Shown here: positions 57,672-64,000 of the stretch, piece by piece
Numbering within the stretch: position 1 is the stretch's first letter
Layout: each line of letters begins with the position of its first letter
Assembly: GCA_963698025.1 (NCBI GenBank)
Contig: OY969112.1
Coordinates: 1,861,200-1,925,199, forward strand
DNA: 64,000 nucleotides
Source of the DNA: an uncultured Acidobacteriota bacterium
GTDB lineage: Bacteria; Acidobacteriota; Thermoanaerobaculia; Multivoradales; UBA5704
Direction of reading: 5' to 3'
Program-made: the position numbers and the translations under genes
The notes under the pieces: model-generated
The model's input: only the letters and a program-made list of their open reading frames with translations
What the model was told of the DNA's origin: nothing
Database searches by the model: none

Positions 57672-57872
57672 TCAGCAGTTGCAGTTCGTGAATCCGTCGC
57701 ACGACGGACACGTTGCCCAGTCACAATAGGTATAGCCACAGCTATTACAGCCACTCGCTCCAGGGCAACCAGACGTGCCGGGAGGGTTACCACCCTCAAT
57801 CCCACGCAGAGTAGAATCTGTCAAGTTTCGCAATGTCTCTTTGCTTAGAATGAGCTTTCTTACTTTTCGCAT
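57672..57872 (-). CDS. RiPP precursor peptide C: double-glycine leader plus a Cys-rich (10 Cys) Ser/Thr-containing core, lanthipeptide-like (66 aa)
   Basis: The ribosome-binding site GGAG lies 8 nt upstream of the ATG. The leader is MRKVRKLILSKETLRNLTDSTLRGIEGG and the core is NPPGTSGCPGASGCNSCGYTYCDWATCPSCDGFTNCNC. The gene is AT-rich relative to its surroundings. Confidence 0.65.
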   Translation of the reverse strand: MRKVRKLILSKETLRNLTDSTLRGIEGGNPPGTSGCPGASGCNSCGYTYCDWATCPSCDGFTNCNC

Positions 57873-58089
57873 ACCTATCTCCTCTGTGAGCAGGTTAACT
57901 CTTCGGGCGATCGGACCGCGATTCGAGTGGCACCTCGCCTCGCCACTGAATCCGGACTGCAATCCCCGCGGGATTGTGTCGTGCACCCCTCATGCCCGAT
58001 CGGACGATCTCCTGCACCCTTTCTGATGACGGCCCGCTCGCGGCCAGGATGGCTGGCGGGACGCGGCCGTCCGAAAGGAGCCGTGCGCC

Positions 58090-58377
58090 ATGCGCCTTCG
58101 CCGTACCCTCGTGGTCCTCGTCCTGGCCGCCCTGACCTCCCTCTCTCCCGCGCTCGCCCACACCCGTCCAGCACGGGCGGAGCGAACCGTCGCCGCCCCC
58201 GGCCTCGTCGATCTCCTCCTCGACCAGCTCGCCCGGATCGAGGCGAAGGTCCTGGGAACAGAGGCCGGGGCCAGGCTCGACCCGAGCGGTGCCAAGAGCG
58301 ATATCGGATCGAGCCTCGAACCGGATGGCACTCGGAACGACAGCGGATCCAGCCTCGATCCGGACGGCGCGAAGTAG
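58090..58377 (+). CDS. Small secreted repeat protein (hypothetical)
   Basis: The ribosome-binding site is AAGGAG. A signal peptide is followed by tandem SSLEPDG / SSLDPDG repeats. Confidence 0.5.
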   Translation: MRLRRTLVVLVLAALTSLSPALAHTRPARAERTVAAPGLVDLLLDQLARIEAKVLGTEAGARLDPSGAKSDIGSSLEPDGTRNDSGSSLDPDGAK

Positions 58378-58491
58378 GAACGGCCCTCCGGGCCGGACGA
58401 GGCCGGCTCCGACCCGGACTTTTTTCTCTTCCCTGCCACGTTTCGGCGGGTTCGGGAGACTCTTCTCTTTAAGAGAAGGGAGAACCCAAGC

Positions 58492-59817
58492 TTGGAACAC
58501 CACCACCTGAACCGGGCCGTACTGGAACGCCTCCTGGCCGAGGACCGCACCGAGGACGAGAACCGCAGCCTCCTCCACCTGATCGCCGTCTGCCCGGAGT
58601 GCCGCAAGGCCGGCGGCTACCTACTCGATCTCCACCGGGCCGGCGCCCTGCCGCTCCACTTCGGTCCGGTGGACGTGGCCCTCGCTCTCTCGCGGGCCGA
58701 GGCGCCGCGCCTCTGGGAACGCCTCGCGCGCCACTCCCACGAGCGCCGCCTCGCCCTCGTCCGCACCACCCGGCGCTTCGCGAGTTGGGGACTCTGTGAG
58801 CTGCTCTGCCGGGAGAGCCGGAAAGCCGCCACGGACGATCCGATCCAGACAGCCCAATTGGCGGAGCTCGCCGTGCTCGTCGCCGACGCCCTCGAGGAGG
58901 GCTCGCCCTACGAGGCCGGCTGGGTCTACCAGCTCCGCGCCTTCGCCTGGGCCCATTTCGGTCACGCCCGCAGGATCGGAGGAGATTTTCAGGGAGCGGA
59001 GGAGGCGTTTTCGATGTCTGATCCCTGGTGGGAAGCGGGCGACGAATCCGTGGGAGACGCCCTCGGTTATGGCTTGGACATCCTTGCCTTGAAGGCCTCG
59101 CTTCGCACCGACCAACGCCGCTTCCCTGAAGCCCTGGCCCTACTCGACCGTGCATTCGCCGGATACCTCCACGGCGATCCCGAGTATCGTGACCGGCATC
59201 TGGCAGGTCGGATTCTCGTCAAGAAGGCACATGTCCTCACCCAGTTAACGGAGCCCGTACGAGCGATCCTTGCCCTCCAGGAAGCCGGGAAGCTCGTGGA
59301 CCCCGACCGCGATCCCCGCCTGCGCCTCTGCCTCCGGCACAACCTGCTGGACAACCTGGCGACGGCGGGACGGTTCGCGGAAGCGCGGGATCTGCTGCCT
59401 GAGGTGAAGGCGCTCTGCGGATCGGCCGGGAGCCGTCTCGACGAGATCCGCCTCCTCTGGGTGGAAGGCCGGATCGCGGCCGGACTGGGCGACCGGAGCA
59501 TGGCCCGGCAAGCCTTCGGCGACGCGCGGCGGGAGTTCGCCACCCGCGGAATGAGCTATGACGCGGCGCTGATCTCCCTCGAGCTGGCCGTCCTCCTGAT
59601 CGACGAAGGGGAGACGGCGGAGGTGCGGGAGCTGGCCGAAGAGATGACGGAGATCTTCCGGGCTCGGGACGTCCATCGCGAGACCCTGGCCGCCCTCGCC
59701 GTCTTCCAGGCCGCCGCCGCTCTCGACGCCGCCACCGTCGACCTGGCCCGCGACCTCGCCGCCTACCTCACCCGCGCCCGCCTGGACCCCGAGCTGCGCT
59801 TCGAGCGGGAGCGCTGA
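58492..59817 (+). CDS. Putative regulator with an N-terminal zf-HC2 motif (anti-sigma-factor-like) and a C-terminal TPR-like helical domain
   Basis: The start is TTG. H-x3-C-x2-C is present (HLIAVCPEC). TPR-like repeats occupy the C-terminus. The N-terminal domain is paralogous to the 26666 ORF, and the C-terminal domain is paralogous to the 60191 ORF and the 56384 fragment. Confidence 0.75.
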   Translation: MEHHHLNRAVLERLLAEDRTEDENRSLLHLIAVCPECRKAGGYLLDLHRAGALPLHFGPVDVALALSRAEAPRLWERLARHSHERRLALVRTTRRFASWGLCELLCRESRKAATDDPIQTAQLAELAVLVADALEEGSPYEAGWVYQLRAFAWAHFGHARRIGGDFQGAEEAFSMSDPWWEAGDESVGDALGYGLDILALKASLRTDQRRFPEALALLDRAFAGYLHGDPEYRDRHLAGRILVKKAHVLTQLTEPVRAILALQEAGKLVDPDRDPRLRLCLRHNLLDNLATAGRFAEARDLLPEVKALCGSAGSRLDEIRLLWVEGRIAAGLGDRSMARQAFGDARREFATRGMSYDAALISLELAVLLIDEGETAEVRELAEEMTEIFRARDVHRETLAALAVFQAAAALDAATVDLARDLAAYLTRARLDPELRFERER

Positions 59818-59962
59818 GCTAGCCGCACGACTTGCCTGGCACCTCGTCCCCCAGCACCTCGTCCCAGCGAGCTTCCGCCGTACCACACGGCGAACGCCGC
59901 TCTCCACTTGCCATCCAGTCTTTCTATATATATAATCAAATAAACTACAGGAGGACTTCAAA

Positions 59963-60169
59963 ATGAAACGTCGCGCCATGCTGATCTTCGGAATTCTCGC
60001 CGTGACCTCGATGACCTGGGCGGCAGCGCCTTCCCCGGCGATGGGCGATGCCAGCAAGCGCCAGCCCCTGTGCAACTGTAATGACGACTCGGATTGCCCG
60101 GCTGGCCAAGTTTGCAGCCCGGTGCGTTGTTCGGAATCAGGGGGTTTCTTCTCGGGAGTCTGCCGGTAA
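59963..60169 (+). CDS. Small secreted Cys-rich protein (68 aa, Sec signal peptide)
   Basis: The ribosome-binding site is AGGAGGA. The signal peptide MKRRAMLIFGILAVTSMTWAAAPSPA is followed by the mature part MGDASKRQPLCNCNDDSDCPAGQVCSPVRCSESGGFFSGVCR. The gene is AT-rich. Confidence 0.6.
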   Translation: MKRRAMLIFGILAVTSMTWAAAPSPAMGDASKRQPLCNCNDDSDCPAGQVCSPVRCSESGGFFSGVCR

Positions 60170-60190
60170 GTAGCCCGCGTCGTCGATTGG

Positions 60191-61165
60191 GTGCCGGCAA
60201 GCGCCCTCCCTTACCTGCCTAACACCCCCGGCGGGCAGCGCGGCGGGCGGCCCCTGGCCCTCCGCCGCGACCCGGTGATCGCCCCGCCGTTGCGAGTCAC
60301 CTGGCACCTGGTTTCTGGGCGAGTCGGAGGAGATATCAGGGGATCGGAGGAGACATTCTCCATGTCCGATCCCTGGTGGGAAGCGGGCGAAGAATTCGTC
60401 GGAGATGCCCTCGGGTATGGCCTCGACATCCTGGCTTTGAAGGCGCCGCTTCGCAGCGACCAGAGCCGCTTTCCCGAGGCTCTTGCGCTGCTCGACCACG
60501 CCCTCGCCGGATACTTCCACGGCGATCCCGAATACCGCGACCGGCATCTGGCAGGACGGGTCCTCATCAAGAAGGCCTATGTCTTTATCCGTATGGCGGA
60601 GCCCGAACAGGCGCTCCTCATTCTCCGGGAAGCCGAGGGGCTCGTGGTCCCCGACCGCGAGCCCCGTCTACTTCTCTGCCTCCGGCACAACCTGCCGGAC
60701 AACCTGGCGTCGGCGGGACGGTTCACGGAGGCGCGGGAGCTGCTGCCCGAGGTAAAGGCGCTCTGCGGATCGGCCGGGAGCCGTCTTGACGAGATCCGCC
60801 TCCGCTGGGTGGAAGGCCGGATCGCGGCCGGACTAGGCGACCGGAACATGGCCCGGCAGGCCTTCGGCGACGCGCGGCGGGAGTTCGCCACCCGCGGAAT
60901 GGGCTATGACGCGGCGCTGATCTCCCTGGAGCTGGCCGTCCTCCTGATCGACGAAGGGGAGACGGCGGAGGTGCGGGAGCTGGCCGAAGAGATGACGGAG
61001 ATCTTCCGGGCCCGGGACGTCCACCGCGAGACCCTGGCCGCCCTCGCCGTCTTCCAGGCCGCCGCCGCCCTCGACGCCGCCACCGCCGACCTGGCCCGCG
61101 ACCTCGCCGCCTACCTCACCCGCGCCCGTCTGGACCCCGAGCTGCGCTTCGAGCGGGAGCGCTGA
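60191..61165 (+). CDS. N-terminally truncated paralog of the zf-HC2/TPR protein (TPR-like domain only)
   Basis: It is homologous to 58492 from the GGD(F/I)(Q/R)G(A/S)EE(A/T)FSMSDPWW block onward. The GTG start and the first ~50 aa are unrelated. It may be a pseudogene. Confidence 0.55.
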   Translation: MPASALPYLPNTPGGQRGGRPLALRRDPVIAPPLRVTWHLVSGRVGGDIRGSEETFSMSDPWWEAGEEFVGDALGYGLDILALKAPLRSDQSRFPEALALLDHALAGYFHGDPEYRDRHLAGRVLIKKAYVFIRMAEPEQALLILREAEGLVVPDREPRLLLCLRHNLPDNLASAGRFTEARELLPEVKALCGSAGSRLDEIRLRWVEGRIAAGLGDRNMARQAFGDARREFATRGMGYDAALISLELAVLLIDEGETAEVRELAEEMTEIFRARDVHRETLAALAVFQAAAALDAATADLARDLAAYLTRARLDPELRFERER

Positions 61166-61501
61166 GCCCGCCCGGCCCGGGGAACCATGTCTCGACCCTC
61201 GACGACTCGGCGCCGCTGCCGATTCGATCGCGGCGTCCGTGGCCTGCCTCATCCCCTATCCTCTTCTCCTGAGGAGAAGGGGGACGATTCCGAGGCGCGG
61301 CCCGATGTCGCCGCCCCCGCGACCTCACCACATGACCGGGCCAACGGCCCGGGCTTCCTCAGCCCAGGGCACCGTCCTGGGTTCCGAGGGGACCCTGGAA
61401 GGCGATGCGGCCTGAAGGGCCGCGGCTACCCGGAGGTCGGATCACCCAACCGATAGCGCGACCCTTCAGGCCGCATCAGGTCATGAGGCGATGGCCGATC
61501 C

Positions 61502-61545
61502 CAGGGCGATGCCCTGGGCTGAGGGAAAACGGCCCGTTGGGCCTC
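61502..61545. repeat. Repeat element C, second copy
   Basis: See 44357-44400. Confidence 0.6.
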
Positions 61546-61710
61546 GGGGTGGCGCGTACTGGGGTTGACGCCCAGCCTCTTCTATACATCTCGCCGGCCG
61601 GGTACGTCCTGCCCTCCGAATCCTCACCCTCGGTCGCTCTCCCACAGGGAGAGGGAGGGCCCTGTTCCGAGCGACCTCGTGAAGAGGGAGGTTCCGGTAA
61701 CCGTGCCGCC

Positions 61711-61779
61711 GAGGGCGACCACAGGTCGCCCTACACCCGAGGTCGAGATCTGGTGTAGGGGCGACCTGCGGTCGCCCTC
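61711..61779. repeat. REP family B inverted pair (slightly diverged)
   Basis: GAGGGCGACCACAGGTCGCCCTACAC ... GGTGTAGGGGCGACCTGCGGTCGCCCTC. Confidence 0.8.
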
Positions 61780-62027
61780 GACGGCACGGTGTCCGGATGA
61801 ATCCAGCTTGGCAGCCCTGCCCGCGGGCGCCCTCCCTCTCCTCTGTGCCGGGACCGAGGGTGAGGATTCGAAGGGCAGCCGGCCCCGAGCGTCAGGCCGG
61901 GAGCGAAATTTCAACATCTACCCATGGAGTAATGAGCGGGATCGCTGTTCCTCAGGTTCGGTCAGCAGCCTGCTGACCAAGCCGGAGCGGCTAGCAGTCT
62001 CTGCCGGCTGGGCCAGGCACCTTCCAC

Positions 62028-62376
62028 ATGCCGGTGACGGACAGCTACCAGCGTCGTTGCGCGGCACGGGAGGGAAGGCCCTGCCGGTCCTGGACGCCGA
62101 CCACATCCCGCCGGTCGGCAAAGGGGGGCCAGCACCGCCTCGACAACAGCCTCCTCCTCCGCACCGACGTCCACCGCCTCTACGACAAGTCACCCGGACG
62201 GCCGCTTCCTCGTCAGCCGCCGCCTCAAGGACGACTTCGACAACGGCGAGCCCTACATGCCCTTCCACGGCCAGCGCATCTGGATGCCCGGAGACCCCCT
62301 GAGCCAGCCGAACCGGGAGGCGCTGGAGTGGCATGCGGAGGGGGGCTTTTGGGGTGAGGGACGCTTTGTCTTCTGA
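62028..62376 (+). pseudogene. Frameshifted duplicate of the HNH nuclease gene
   Basis: It is about 90 % identical to 57196-57540, but a 13-nt deletion at about 62190 and an earlier indel break the frame. The homology block starts at 61937. Confidence 0.55.
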
Positions 62377-62543
62377 GTCCACTCCGAACCGCATGGCACT
62401 TCGCTCTTCCCGCTCCCTCTCCCGCCCCCGTCCCTTCTGGTTCCTGTGGCTTGGGCACCTCCTTGCTTGCCGCTTCTCTATAGGCTAGGATTAAGAAACC
62501 GTTAGATAATTGCTGTTTAGGACAAGTTTCCCAAGCGGGGTTC

Positions 62544-63716
62544 ATGCTGGGGTATCGATTGGACGTTCATAGCACTGTGGTCGAGACTAGATCCGAGGAA
62601 AGAGCGGAGCGTGCTATCGCAGCTCTCGCAGCCGACTGGGAACGCCAAGAAGGCGTGCTGCGGAGATCTCAAGTCGAGAGATTAATCTTGAAGCGTTGTC
62701 TCTCGGTTGAGGAGGGAGTATACGTCTTTAAAGGCTTAGCCCGGCGGGGTATCGAGCTGGAAAACCCGGCCCGCAGCGATTCCACGAACGATGACAAGGC
62801 AACGTATCAAGGGTCCGAACAGAAGGGCGGAATTCTTGCAGAAGAGTTCTTGCCTTATTATTTCTCGCAACGCCTCTTATCTGCTCAAGAGGAGATCGAC
62901 CTCGGTCGAACAATACAGCTTGGTATCCTCGCACGGGCCGACCTCGAATCCGGCTTCGACAGCGACGAGCTTCGTAGCTTCGTCGCTCTAGGTGAGCGCG
63001 CACGGAACCGCCTCATCGAGGCTAATTTGAGGCTTGTCTTTTCAATGGCCCAAAAGTTCAAAGGGCAGACTGGCCTCGACTTAGGAGATCTCGTCCAAGA
63101 AGGCACTCTTGGACTACTCCGTGCAGCAGAACTCTTCGACCCTGACCTTGGCCTTAGGTTCTCGACGTATGCAACGCATTGGATTCGCCAAGGAATATGC
63201 AGGGGCGCGGATAGCTTCGGAGAGACTATTAGGCTACCAGTCCATCGAATGGATAGCATTCGCAAACTTAGACGCGCAAAACGAATCATTTCCATTGAGC
63301 TTGGCCGCCAGGCCACTATTCGAGAGATCGCCGAGGCCCTCGACTGGACACCTGAAAGAGTCGCCTACATTCAGTACTTATCCTCCGAACGGATCGTCTC
63401 GCTAGAGACACCCCTAGATAGCGAGAATAACTTGGTCTGGGGCGATACGATCGAAAGCCCAATACCCAACCCAGAGCAGCTATACATAGAGTCCGAACTC
63501 AGATACTTGATAGGCAACCTTCTCGACACCCTTACACCTCGTCAGCGAGCGGTTCTAATACGTCGATTTGGCCTGAGCAATGGCCACGAAGAGACGCTGC
63601 AAAGGATCGGCGATGACTTTTGTGTCTCTCGGGAGCGGATACGGCAGATCGAGACCAAGGCCCTGAAACGCGCGGCACCGCGAGCCAGATCAATGGGCAT
63701 CGAGCAGTTTCTTTAA
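62544..63716 (+). CDS. Sigma-70 family RNA polymerase sigma factor (regions 2, 3 and 4) with a ~110-aa N-terminal extension; lower GC than surroundings
   Basis: Region 2 is [13 protein letters not shown] ... [19 protein letters not shown], with [10 protein letters not shown] nearby. Region 4 is [23 protein letters not shown]. Confidence 0.85.
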   Translation: MLGYRLDVHSTVVETRSEERAERAIAALAADWERQEGVLRRSQVERLILKRCLSVEEGVYVFKGLARRGIELENPARSDSTNDDKATYQGSEQKGGILAEEFLPYYFSQRLLSAQEEIDLGRTIQLGILARADLESGFDSDELRSFVALGERARNRLIEANLRLVFSMAQKFKGQTGLDLGDLVQEGTLGLLRAAELFDPDLGLRFSTYATHWIRQGICRGADSFGETIRLPVHRMDSIRKLRRAKRIISIELGRQATIREIAEALDWTPERVAYIQYLSSERIVSLETPLDSENNLVWGDTIESPIPNPEQLYIESELRYLIGNLLDTLTPRQRAVLIRRFGLSNGHEETLQRIGDDFCVSRERIRQIETKALKRAAPRARSMGIEQFL

Positions 63717-63737
63717 CTTGGCAAGGCGGAGGACGGA

Positions 63738-64000
63738 ATGAGCGATAGTGAATATCATGCGACCGTGCGCTTCCTGGATTGGCTCGAGTCTCGCGTTATC
63801 GCCGCCGGCCGAGGCGATAACATTTTAACCTCCGATAATGACCCTTCGGGACGCTTCTGGCTCGGCCGGCTCGCGTCCGAGGAAAAGGTCGCCCGCATGG
63901 CGAGCGGCGACCGTGGCGAACGACTGGAACCATGTGCTGTTGGAATTAGGATTCAACCTGCCGGAATTGATCCCTGGAAGTTTGAAGTCAGAGTATTGGC
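63738..64000 (+). CDS. Hypothetical protein (5' partial at window end), low GC
   Basis: The ribosome-binding site is AGGCGGAGGA. It reads MSDSEYHATVRFLDWLESRV and runs off the end of the window. Confidence 0.4.
   Translation, partial: MSDSEYHATVRFLDWLESRVIAAGRGDNILTSDNDPSGRFWLGRLASEEKVARMASGDRGERLEPCAVGIRIQPAGIDPWKFEVRVL

Overview
This is a 64 kb segment of a high-GC bacterial chromosome. It is probably from an Acidobacteriota-like organism, but that is a low-confidence guess based on the high GC content plus TPR, Ser/Thr-kinase, DUF2911 and GH44 genes. Most of the window is ordinary core genome. It includes a Tat-exported 2Fe-2S dehydrogenase subunit, peroxiredoxins, DsbA and DsbD, an M2 peptidase, an aminotransferase, ClpS and ClpA, several histidine kinases, an OmpR-type regulator, two VapBC toxin-antitoxin pairs, a CocE/NonD hydrolase and an SF2 helicase. 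It also carries an FHA / PP2C / Ser-Thr kinase / SEDS-PBP / FhaA cell-wall signalling cluster. Long ORFs antisense to these genes are frame artefacts of the high GC content.

Six things stand out against that background:
1. A low-GC island at about 1.8-6.2 kb carries one 1.2k-aa gene. It encodes a signal peptide, a large periplasmic region, a membrane anchor and a cytoplasmic STAND-type (NACHT-like) P-loop NTPase. The island sits beside a decayed copy of a RiPP precursor, and a promoter-plus-terminator-bounded candidate small RNA lies just upstream.
2. A paralogous family of short precursor peptides shares a lysine-rich leader (phi-K-K-phi-V/I-L-x-K-E-T-L-x-x-L ... G-G) followed by Cys-containing cores. 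There are three intact copies and two decayed copies. They sit near two 68-aa Sec-signal Cys-rich proteins, zf-HC2/TPR regulator paralogs, duplicated HNH nuclease genes and a low-GC sigma-70 factor.
3. A roughly 450 bp array of at least 11 TATATA boxes, including two 45-nt AT-rich palindromes, lies in 70 % GC DNA immediately upstream of that locus.
4. A REP-associated tyrosine transposase (RAYT) is bracketed by palindromic REP elements that contain tandem 13-mers, and a REP copy is inserted in-frame inside the RAYT gene. A second REP family occurs as five inverted pairs elsewhere.
5. A single ORF fuses an FtsW/RodA-type SEDS glycosyltransferase to a class-B PBP transpeptidase.
6. Several smaller repeat families, segmental duplications and gene remnants are scattered through the window.

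No RiPP tailoring enzymes or leader-cleaving transporters are present here, so the peptide system is incomplete within this window.
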